Assembly: GCF_018398935.1 (NCBI RefSeq)
Contig: NZ_CP074694.1
Coordinates: forward strand, 2,820,001-2,852,000
Direction of reading: 5' to 3'
DNA: 32,000 bases
From: Telmatocola sphagniphila
GTDB taxonomy: Bacteria; Planctomycetota; Planctomycetia; Gemmatales; Gemmataceae
The notes beneath the pieces were generated by a model. That model was given only the letters and a program-made list of their open reading frames with translations. It was not told where the DNA came from and ran no database searches. Each line of letters begins with the position of its first letter. Position 1 is the first letter of the stretch. A program made the translations under genes and the position numbers. Below are positions 10,326 to 18,962 of the stretch, in pieces.

Positions 10326-12178
10326 ACCTTAAACAAGCGAAGTTTTTGATGCCAATTCCGTGGGGAGTTTTAGCGAGATAGTTCGATGAGTCCTCCGCGC
10401 CGGAGCTTTTCGCTCGGCCGAACGCATACTTCTATTTTTCAAACATTCTTCCTTTCCGCGAATAGCTCTCGGCGTTTTATCGGATCGGGACATCCGGATC
10501 CCGACTTCAGTCGGTCGAACGATCAGCACCTCAGTGCTTTCAGTAGTCGGAAGAAGATTGGCAAGTGCGGGTTCCAGCCGAGCAATCGATAGACGATGCG
10601 GCCGGCCTTCCGGACGATCTGACAAGGCAGAAGCATGAACGCATTGAGGAAGGTTTTGAATTCCATTTTCAAAACCGACTGCTTCTGGTCCCGATGCTTT
10701 TCCCGCCAGCGACCAGGAGTTTCCGGCAACGTCAAGGCCCACCAGGCTTTCAAGTTCCAGGCCAGGGAGGCCATCACCATGTACGCCCAATTGCTTTCCA
10801 GATCGTGCAGCGGCGTGCAAGGCCCGGCAACCGCCCTTGAGCTGCGCTATCAGATTTTCCTGATTGCAGCGATCGTTGGCTTCGTAGACGACTTCCGCGG
10901 CCGTGCACTCCCGGTCGTTGGTGATGTAGAAGAAATAGCGTTCGTCCGGATACAGAACGGATTCGCCTTTTTCCACGGAAAGATTCTTGCGAATCACCAC
11001 CAGGCGATACGCCCTTCGGCAAGCGGTCGGTTGGTACTCGAACTCGGCCACCGCTTCGGAGATCAACTTCACATTTACGAATTCCCGCTCTTGGACGATC
11101 CGCTCCTTGGTGTTTTCCCGTCGGTGTCGCAACTTCGCTTTCGCCGAGTATTGCGCGGGACGCTCGAGCTTGTGCCAAGCCGCTTCCGGCAGGTTTTCCG
11201 CGATTGCTTCGAGGTTTTGCTTCGAATCGTAGCCGAAATAAAAGCGTACCTTGGCGTTGGCATCCCAGCCGTCGAGGCGAGTGGTCTGCGAGAAATCGGT
11301 GTCGCCGCGAAAGACGATCCTGCGAAAGCCCGCTTGAAGGCACAGCAAAAGAGCCCGGTCGAGTTCGACCGCGGCCCCTTCGTGCGAAGGGCGATTGCCG
11401 GGACGGTTGACGATGCTCAGCGTCTCACCGGTGTTCGCCAGGGTCACCGCCAGGGGGTGGTAACACCAGTCTCTGTTATAGTTGATGTCCATCCCCGCTT
11501 TACGCTCGCCACGCGTTTGGGTAAAGCTGCCGTCGGCGTCGATCTTCGCGCATTCCCAAAAGGAATCGGGTTGCTTCGACCAGACGCGTAAACGGGTCTG
11601 GTTGAAAGCGTCGATCAAAGCCTGGATGCTGCCACTATCGAAGCGTCGACAAAAGTCGCCCGAAGTAGTCGGGTCGGGAAAACGCTGAGTGCCCAAGGCG
11701 TTGAGAAAGTTTTCGTCCGTGCGACGCAGTTCCATGTCTTGCAGGCAGGTACCCCCGCAAAGGGAATTGTAAGCGATGGCCAATACGTGGTCCGATTCCG
11801 AGTAAGGCCTTTGAAATTGGAGCAGATGCAACTTCTCGTCGATGTCGTCGATCAGTCCGATACGCCGGGCCAGAAGGTGCATGGCCCCGAGGCCTCCGCA
11901 ACTGATCGCCCCCACGCGTTCGGAGACTTCGTAATGAATGTTGGAGGCGTCGAAAGAAGGAGCGAAGGTCATCGCGGCCTCTCGCTTAGCCAGACGACGT
12001 TCGATTCGACTCTTGCATTTTTGAAACCAACGTCCGAAAATAACATTCACTCGAAACTCCTTTTTGCGACTGTCGATTTGTTAAGCGGTTACTTACACAA
12101 ACCGCAGAAAACAAAAAGGATTTCGAGCTTTCTTCGATAAATCGAAACAATTCCCCAAAAAACTACGCTGTTTTAAGG
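10326..12178 (-). mobile_element. IS1380-family-like insertion sequence, copy 1 (1853 bp), transposase frameshifted
   Basis: Ends (A)CCTTAAACAAGCG... and ...CGCTGTTTTAAGG are imperfect inverted repeats. Flanked by ACTAG at 10321-10325 and 12179-12183. Differs from copy 2 (19290-21144) by 12 substitutions (my count by eye) plus one 2-bp indel. Confidence 0.85.
10523..12050 (-). pseudogene. IS1380-like DDE transposase, disrupted by a 2-bp deletion near 10811-10816
   Basis: Same N-terminal 420+ aa as the 509-aa copy-2 protein. After ...KGGCRALHA the frame changes: cagcggcgtgcaagg here versus cagcggcgcgtgcaagg in copy 2. The true C-terminus survives as the separate ORF 10523..10780. GTG start with AAGGAG 6 nt upstream. 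Confidence 0.8.
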
Positions 12179-14748
12179 ACTAGACCAGCGTTCTCAATGG
12201 CCAGCTGGCCTGCCCCTACGGTGGTCGATCCATTAATCGTCGTTCCATTACCAGAAAGTTTGGAATTGCCCCCGACTGTCAATCCATTGACTGTTAAACC
12301 GTCACCGGTGTTCAAATCTCCGCTAGAAATGGCCAGTTGTCCCGCCAATACACCTGATATCTGGTTGATACCCGAGATGGAGACTTTTTTATTCACGAAA
12401 CCATTCGCGATGAGCGACGAACCGCTCTCGAGCAAAATTTCCCCTGGACCACCGAATCGAGCCCCTGCTTCCACGGTGAGTGTAGCCCCGCTGAGAACCG
12501 TGGTCAGTCCATTCACATTGACGGGGCCGAAGATAGAACCGTTGCCGGTGAGATAAGGTTCGCTCGGGTGGGAACCAATTTTCAGATTATCGGTCAGGGT
12601 TAAAGGCATCGACTGATCGTAACCCATCAATTTTGCACCGATCAGAAATACATCGCCGCTGACGCTTCCGTAGCCGCGTAAACCGGCATCGCGCGAAACG
12701 ACTTTATCCCCAGTTCCGCCCAGACTGGAATTAGGAAGGATGTTGAGTCCACCCACAAAAGTGATCTGAGTCAATCCGCCGACCGTAACTGAGCCCTTTA
12801 TAAAACTGCCGTTCTCGCCCGTCACGAATAGATTGCCAGTGACAGTGATATTGTCGATCGCTGCGTAACCCAGATAGGGAGTACTGGCCTGCGAGGAAAT
12901 CATTACGACTGAACTATCGAGAGTACCGTTCCCTCGAATGATGTTGAAGTTTTGAATTCCGTTGGGGCCGAAGCCTTGAAAGGTGCCGTTAGCCAGCACC
13001 ACTTCTCCCGTACTGGAATTGACGAAGCCTCCTTCCAGCAAACTCGAGTGAGGGCCGATCACCTTGCCGCCAGTGCCGCTAAGAGCATTCCCAATTCGGA
13101 GAATGCCCGAATTATTGAAGGTCATCGGATGAGTATTGATGATCTCGTCGGACAGCGCGAGCGTTCTACCGCCGCGAATATCTAGCTCTCCGGCGTTCAT
13201 GGTCAGTTCACCATCGACACCTGTGATTCGCGAGTTCGGCCCGTCCAGCGTCAAAGAGGCTCCTTGGGGAATATGACTAATGCAGTAAGAAACATCTTTA
13301 TTAAAGCCATTCTTACCAGTTTGTAACAGCTGGGAGAAGATTACCGTCGAATTCGGGCCGACGACAAAATTGCCAGGAAGATCACAGCCAATTTTTGTCG
13401 CGCTGCCATCAACATCAAAGGTAATGGGTAAGCCCACAAGATTTCTGAAGGACGCCGATCCACTTTGAACATCCACAATACCCGAACCAAGATTCACGAA
13501 ATTGCTGAATGTAGGGCTGACATTATCCGTGAGAAGCCCTCCATTCACTTGAATCGTCCCTAGATTCGTAAACGGAGTGTAATATCCTGCGGCGAGATAA
13601 AGTGTACTGCCGGCCGCCACTAACATTTTTCCGTAGTTTTCGGTTTTACCATAAATTGCCAAGGTACCTTCGTTTACGTGAACGGTACCCTGATTATTGA
13701 AGTTGCAGTACAAACTCGACAACTCGGTCCCGTTTTTGAGAATGCGGGAGCCAACTGTGTTTACAAGTAATCCCGAGTCAAAAGATACCCCACCAGTAGG
13801 GGCGATTGAACCATTACCACTCAAGGTTAACGTTGAGCCAGCCAGATTATTCCATTGACCTTGCTTATTGGCATCGAATACCAGCGCGCCATCTGCGGGT
13901 ATGATCGCGTTTCCAGAATTGTTAAAGGTTCGCCCCAGATTCGCGTTTCGAATCGTGACAGTTGTATTCGAAAGCGTATTAGTCGTGCCGCTTCCCGCCA
14001 TCGTTCCGCTGATCCATTCGAGAGTATCCGTGATCGTTATCGACCCGGATCCGGTTATTCCCTGATAGTCAAAGGAGCTTTGCAGATTCAATAGTTTGAT
14101 TGATTGAGGCCCATTAAAAACCCCCTTTCCATAAATCGTCATCGGCCCCGATAACGAATTGGAGCTTCCCGTTTCAAAAGTGCTGTCGTAAATCGATACC
14201 GAACCTGCCCCCGTCAGAGTGCCGGTATGAGTATAGCCCTTGTCAAAGGAGGCCGTTGTCCCGGCGGATAACGAGATGATTCCACTGTTTACTCCCGAGT
14301 TGTTGAAATAACAATTCCCCTCGAGAATCTCAAACAAACCGGCATTGTTGAATGTGGCCGAGATTTCGAGATTTCCAATTCCTTTTTTGGTGAAAACCGC
14401 GCCGGCGCGGTTGTTGAATATTCCTTCCATAGAACCGGTCGTAATATTATTCTGCTCGTACTCATTCGCGACTGAAGTGAACCTAGCGCCCGACAGGTTA
14501 TTCCAAATTCCGCCATCCAGCCGAAGTGTGTTGAAAGGATCTTGAGAGGTATTCGCACTCGCATTCAGAGTACGGCTCAGGATATTGGTCGCTCCACCTC
14601 CCAAAGATATGCCGCCCAACACGGAGACCGTACCCGTACCCCCCAGAGTTCCGCCCGACCAATCCAGACCTTCTTTCAAAATCAGATTACCGGAGCCGAT
14701 TATCGAACTGTAATTTCCGGAGAGATAGTGTCCCCTTTCCTGAAATAT
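12179..14748 (-). pseudogene. Internal fragment of the same beta-helical repeat surface protein; N-terminus missing, C-terminus split off by the IS
   Basis: G/N/S/T-rich repeats (GGTLGGTGTVSVLGG, FNNAGLFEILEG, and so on) with no signal peptide. The frame is open with no start codon from 14748 down to the TTG at 14679. It is closed by a TAG (rc of 14749-14751) right at the rve-block boundary. The last four codons and the stop (LKTA*) come from the IS end. Confidence 0.8.
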
Positions 14749-14921
14749 CTACCGGTTTAGCCGTTTAAATCGCTATAGGAATTACCTTCTCTTTCTTAGG
14801 CGGGAATACCGCCAGAAGAGAGGCTATATGGATGAATTCAACCAGAATGCATTTGCGGAGAAAAGAGAAGAACAACCGAGAGCTGGTCCGACGGAGGATA
14901 GGGACCCGCAGTCCGCGGCTG

Positions 14922-14995
14922 CCGAAGTGGGGCGGGCGGAGCCGAGCGCCCTGAGCGCAGCGAAGGGGAGCGACGCGGAGCCCGCCCCACTTCGG
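14922..14995. repeat. 16-bp perfect GC-rich inverted repeat in the leader of transposase A
   Basis: ccgaagtggggcgggc (14922-14937) pairs with gcccgccccacttcgg (14980-14995), separated by 42 nt. Confidence 0.6.
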
Positions 14996-15153
14996 AGTCC
15001 TTTCCCGATGCGGGTCTGGATTTATCGGATTCCGTGGATTCCGAGGTAGAAGCCAGCCTTTCGAAGCGTAGGGAATTCCACTCGAGGTTATCGGTTCGGG
15101 GACCTGTTAAGGGACGGCGTTTGGTGAAAAAACCGACCGAACCCGTGCCGGCG

Positions 15154-16416
15154 ATGACGGCGGAACAGCGGATTTTGTTGCTGGATACCTGGCAGCGGAG
15201 CGGCTTGCCCGCCGGCGATTTTGCTCCTTTGGTAGGCGTCTCGAAACACACGCTTTACGCATGGAAGAAGCGGTTTGAAATTTCTGGCCCGGCCGGATTG
15301 TTGGATCAGCCGCGGGGCAAACCTCCGGGCAGCCGCGTTCACGAGTTGACCAAGCGTACAATCCTGATGCTCAAAAAATCGAATCCGGAATGGGGGTGTC
15401 AGCGGATTAGCGACATGCTATTGCGAGGTCCGGCTTTACCGGCGAGTGCTTCGGCGGTGGCCCGGGTGCTGCATGAAGCCGGTTATCAACTGGAGCAGGC
15501 TCCGACGCGAGGGCATCCGGACAAGGTGCGGTCCTTCGAGCGGGCCCGTCCGAATCAGTTATGGCAAACTGATCTTTTCACATTTGTGTTAAAACGTCAG
15601 AATCGGCGCGTTCATTTGGTCGGGTTCATGGACGATCACAGTCGGTTTTTGGTCGGCTACGGCTTGCATGCGAGCCAGTCATCGGCTTTGGTGCTGGAGG
15701 TCTTGCGAGCTTCCATGGCTTCTTATGGAACGCCGGAGGAGATTCTCACCGACAACGGTACGCAGTATGTGACCTGGCGGGGTAAAAGTGCCTTCTCGAA
15801 GGAACTCGAAAAACGGGGCATTCGACAGGTAGTAGCGTCTCCGCGTCATCCGCAGACTTTGGGTAAGATCGAGCGGTTCTGGGGAACCTTGTGGCGTGAG
15901 TGCATCGAGAGTGCAATCTTCATCGACATGGGGGATGCTCAGCGTCGGATTGGGTTATTCATAGACCATTACAACTTCCAGAGGCCCCATCAGGGGATCG
16001 ATGGTCTGGTGCCCGCGGACCGTTACTTCGGGGCGGCCTCGGAAGTGCGTCGGAGTCTTCAAACTCGGGTAGCCGCGAATGCCTTGGAGCTGGCTCGAAA
16101 CGGGATTCCGAAGCAGCCGTTTTATCTGACCGGCCAGGTGGGAGGTCAGCCCTTCAGCGTCCATGCGGAAGGGGAACGGATGATCTTGACCCGGCCCGAA
16201 GGAGAACGGCGGGAGATAGACTTGGTGCCCCCTCCGCCGCCGGAATCGACTTCCCGAGACGAGTTGCCCAAGCCGGTCTGTCCGGTCGGCGAGGTGAGCA
16301 ATCCTCAAAGCTTGGGTTCGGAAGAGCCGTCTTTGCCGGGGGAATCGCCGTTGGATGAGAGCCTGCGTCTGATCGAGGATATGTGGTCGATCCCGCCTGA
16401 GGGAGGTGACTTATGA
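15154..16416 (+). CDS. rve (integrase-core) DDE transposase, IS481/IS3-superfamily-like (module A)
   Basis: N-terminal HTH (FAPLVGVSKHTLYAWKKRF). Catalytic motifs are LWQTDLF, ILTDNGTQY and GKIERFW, followed by YNFQRPHQGI. The frame is open from GTG 15034; ATG 15154 is preferred as the start. Confidence 0.85.
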   Translation: MTAEQRILLLDTWQRSGLPAGDFAPLVGVSKHTLYAWKKRFEISGPAGLLDQPRGKPPGSRVHELTKRTILMLKKSNPEWGCQRISDMLLRGPALPASASAVARVLHEAGYQLEQAPTRGHPDKVRSFERARPNQLWQTDLFTFVLKRQNRRVHLVGFMDDHSRFLVGYGLHASQSSALVLEVLRASMASYGTPEEILTDNGTQYVTWRGKSAFSKELEKRGIRQVVASPRHPQTLGKIERFWGTLWRECIESAIFIDMGDAQRRIGLFIDHYNFQRPHQGIDGLVPADRYFGAASEVRRSLQTRVAANALELARNGIPKQPFYLTGQVGGQPFSVHAEGERMILTRPEGERREIDLVPPPPPESTSRDELPKPVCPVGEVSNPQSLGSEEPSLPGESPLDESLRLIEDMWSIPPEGGDL

Positions 16417-16903
16417 CGACTAATTCCGAGGCGAAAGCACCGCGTCGGTCTCGTTCGATAGGAGGTCCAAAACTGGGCGAGTCCTGCGGTCCGCAGGCGA
16501 AGCGTCTGGCTTCGGTGATACTGGAGGTACTCGCCGGGGCTCGCACTCCGACCGATGCGGCCACGGCGGTAGGAATCTCTTTGCCGAATTATTATCAGGT
16601 CGAAACGCGTGCCTTGCAGGGATTACTGAAAGCTTGCGAGCCGCGCCCCGCGGTCGAGTACGGACCGATGCCAGCGAGTTAGCCTCCTTGCAAAAGGAGA
16701 ATCAGCGTCTGCAACGGGAACTCGGTCGGCACCAAGCTCTGGCCCGTGCGTCGCAGCGTGCGGTGGGCCTGGCTCCGCCCCCGACGCGATCGGCTTCGGG
16801 AAAGAAGGGGCGAAAACGGCGGACCACCGTGCGTGCTTTAAGCATTGTCGCTCGGTTGAATCCCGTGCAGCAAGAGGCCCCGAAGGAAGCCGGCGTCCAG
16901 TGA
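16413..16903 (+). CDS. HTH plus coiled-coil accessory ORF of module A, split by a -1 frame change (16413-16682, then 16634-16903)
   Basis: ATGA overlap with the transposase stop, with GGGAGGTG upstream. The HTH-like AATAVGISLPNYYQVETRAL...CEPRP continues sensibly only in the -1 frame (RGRVRTDASELASLQKENQRLQRELG...). A C4 run at 16646-16649 lies in the overlap. Confidence 0.5.
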
Positions 16904-16937
16904 TAACGATATCGCCCTCGATCGAGGAGGATCGGAG

Positions 16938-17407
16938 ATGCGGGGACGAAAACCGGCGGGACCGGAGTCAGTCGATGAACTGCCCGGTTCCGTCATCGCG
17001 AAGGATCGCTTGAAAACGTTGTTGCGGACGATGATCGGAGAATGCCGGGTGACGGAAGCTTGCCAGATACTGGGCATTAGCGAACCCCGTTACCATCAGT
17101 TGAAGCATCAGATGCTGGCGGCGGCCCTGGAAGCCCTGGAACCGCGTCCCGCCGGTCGTCCGGTTCAAGTGCCTTCGGCGGCGGAAGCGGAGATTCAGAA
17201 ACTTCAAAAGAATTACGGGAACGGGAAGCGGAGTTAAATGTAGCACTAGTCCGCGAAGAACTTGCATCGATATTGCCTCGCGTCGCTAAGTCAGCGACCG
17301 AACCAGAGAAAAAAACGGAAGCGAGGGCGACCACCGGGGACAAAACGGCCGGCGGCGGCGAGGTTGGGGGCGGCAAAAAGATCGCCGGGAGATCGAAAGG
17401 AATCTGA
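16938..17407 (+). CDS. HTH plus coiled-coil ORF of module B, split by a -1 frame change (16938-17237, then to TGA 17405-17407)
   Basis: GAGGAGGA upstream of ATG 16938. ACQILGISEPRYHQLKHQML...LEPRPAGRP is paralogous to the module A ORF. After EIQKLQK the -1 frame reads ELREREAELNVALVREELASILPRV. A candidate slip site A-AAG lies at 17207-17210. Confidence 0.5.
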
Positions 17408-17415
17408 GGCGGCGA

Positions 17416-18465
17416 GTGGTCGAGGTAGTGGATCGAACGCGGCAACGGGGCTTCTCGATACCTAAGATTGCCCAGCGCTTGCATATGGCAGGTCGCACTC
17501 TTCGGCATTGGGTTCAGAGCAATGCGGCGACATCTCCTCGACCTTTGGGAAGACCGGTTGTCCGTTCGTCGCGATTGAAGCGAATGGAAGTGCTTGCTCT
17601 GTTGGCCGATCTCGGGCCGGCCACCAGCGTGGCAACTCTCAAAGAGTGCTTCCCGGAAATGACGCGTTCCGAGCTCGAAGACATGCTCAGGCGCTACCGC
17701 CGCGTCTGGCGGAAAAGGTATAAACGAACCGGCTTCCGGCTCAGGTGGACTACGCCGGGAACCGTCTGGGCGATGGATTACACGGAGACGCCACTCATTG
17801 ATGGAAAGGACCAATACCTGTTGGCAGTCCGAGATCTGAGCAGTGGTCAGCAGTTGCTAGCCTGGCCTGTGGCGGCGGCAACTGCCGAGGAAACGCTTGT
17901 GGCCCTTCGGTCATTGATCACCCGGGAGGGAGCCCCGCTGGTACTGAAAATGGATAACGGTTCTCCGTTTATTGCCGAAGTGGTCCAAGAATATTTGCAG
18001 CGAGAAGGCGTGTTCGGCTTGTACTCTCCGCCGAGGAGGCCACAATATAACGGTGCGATCGAAGCGGGCATAGGATCTTTGAAAAGTCGAATCGAACGTA
18101 GAGCTGCCTGGGAAGGCCATCCGGAAGTGTGGAACGCTGAGGATGTGGAGGCGGCTCGACGGGAAGCCAATGCCTTGGCTCGACCGAGAGGAGGTCTGGG
18201 TCCTACTCCCGAGACGCTTTGGAAAAGTCGGGAGAGAGTCGCAACAGAATCTCGCGATCAGTTCCGAGAGCTTGTTGAAATCCATCGGAACCGAGCTATG
18301 GAGGAGGAAGGAAAATCTCCTTCGGGAGTGTTGCTCGAGCAGGAAGCTCGCCGTATCGATCGAATTGCTTTACGCCGTGCTCTCGTCGATCACGGCGATC
18401 TTTTGTTCAAGAGAGGGCCAATTCCTCTAGGAATTAAATCGCAAAAAACGGCAAATATTACGTGA
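17416..18465 (+). CDS. rve (integrase-core) DDE transposase (module B)
   Basis: GTG start with GAGG 6 nt upstream. HTH FSIPKIAQRLHMAGRTLRHW. By my count the spacing is WAMD-x58-KMDNG-x35-E (YNGAIEAG), a DD(35)E layout. Confidence 0.8.
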   Translation: MVEVVDRTRQRGFSIPKIAQRLHMAGRTLRHWVQSNAATSPRPLGRPVVRSSRLKRMEVLALLADLGPATSVATLKECFPEMTRSELEDMLRRYRRVWRKRYKRTGFRLRWTTPGTVWAMDYTETPLIDGKDQYLLAVRDLSSGQQLLAWPVAAATAEETLVALRSLITREGAPLVLKMDNGSPFIAEVVQEYLQREGVFGLYSPPRRPQYNGAIEAGIGSLKSRIERRAAWEGHPEVWNAEDVEAARREANALARPRGGLGPTPETLWKSRERVATESRDQFRELVEIHRNRAMEEEGKSPSGVLLEQEARRIDRIALRRALVDHGDLLFKRGPIPLGIKSQKTANIT

Positions 18466-18550
18466 GGGGTACACGCCACTTCTGAAGGCTATCGAGATCA
18501 ATACTTACACGAGCATATGTTATCAGCTAAACCGGTCTCCGATTGAAGAC

Positions 18551-18784
18551 TTGATCTCGAATGATCCTGCAAGCTACGCCCAAGAGGAACTCTGTTCCCC
18601 GAAACTGCTTGCGATTCTCCCTGAGTTGCTTAAGGACAAAGATCTACACACACTCGCTATCTGGGTTGGTGAGTGCGATGAATTGCCTAATTTGCGGCGA
18701 TTCAAGCGTGATAAAGCTGTGATTTCAATCCAGCAATGCTTGATCAATGACTTTAAGAGAGATATGGCGTTTCTGATCGATTGA
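18551..18784 (+). CDS. Hypothetical 77-aa ORF, possibly the 3' fragment of a gene cut by the rve block
   Basis: TTG start only. The same frame is open back to 18431, across the 18536 junction, without any start codon. AT-richer by eye than the flanks. No recognisable motif. Confidence 0.3.
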   Translation: MISNDPASYAQEELCSPKLLAILPELLKDKDLHTLAIWVGECDELPNLRRFKRDKAVISIQQCLINDFKRDMAFLID

Positions 18785-18834
18785 AATCAATTGAGGTTTT
18801 CAATTTATTGCGATTAGTGGCATACCGAGAGCCA

Positions 18835-18860
18835 GGTGCCAATGTCTCCGCAATTGGCAT
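18835..18860. promoter_or_regulatory. Palindromic site 1: GGTGCCAAT-N9-ATTGGCAT
   Basis: tgccaat (18837-18843) pairs with attggca (18853-18859). The same left half-site recurs 101 bp downstream. Confidence 0.35.
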
Positions 18861-18935
18861 ATTCAAGATATTCTTAGATTACTTGGGATCTCAATAGAAA
18901 AATAGAACCATTTGAAGAAATGTTCGAGCCACTTG

Positions 18936-18962
18936 GGTGCCAATAGCCTAGCCATTGGTACC
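18936..18962. promoter_or_regulatory. Palindromic site 2: GGTGCCAAT-N9-ATTGGTACC
   Basis: The 9-bp arms 18936-18944 and 18954-18962 pair with one G-T mismatch. Lies 147 bp upstream of the 19109 start. Confidence 0.35.

Larger units (their letters stand above)
16903..18525 (+). mobile_element. Possible inner IS3-like element (module B) nested near the right end of module A
   Basis: TGATAACGATATCGC (16903-16917) versus the rc of 18513-18525 (TGATAACATATGC): TG...CA termini with a gapped match. Encloses an HTH ORF and an rve ORF in the order typical of IS3. No target duplication seen. Confidence 0.3.
14751..18536 (+). mobile_element. Block of rve-type transposase modules (two DDE transposases plus two HTH/coiled-coil ORFs); boundaries tentative
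   Basis: 11-bp terminal inverted repeat ACCGGTTTAGC (14751-14761) / GCTAAACCGGT (18526-18536). The adhesin frame ends at the left junction. No target duplication is visible. Confidence 0.5.

Noticed and set aside
10635-11591. Plus-strand and alternative minus-strand ORFs inside both IS copies (10635..11591, 10774..11343, 19529..20557, 19293..20309 and others).
   Set aside because: They overlap the transposase frame, which carries recognisable IS1380/IS4 signatures. The 338-aa ORF 19293..20309 is the same shifted frame that the 2-bp deletion exposes in copy 1.
14828-15251. ORFs 14828..15049 (+) and 14838..15251 (-) in the left arm of the rve block.
   Set aside because: They overlap each other and the 16-bp inverted repeat. 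Their low-complexity Ala/Pro/Arg/Glu translations are more likely a non-coding leader.
17077-17814. A 245-aa minus-strand ORF spanning HTH-B and the start of rve-B.
   Set aside because: It is antisense to two RBS-preceded, motif-bearing genes, and its translation is Pro/Arg/Ser-rich.
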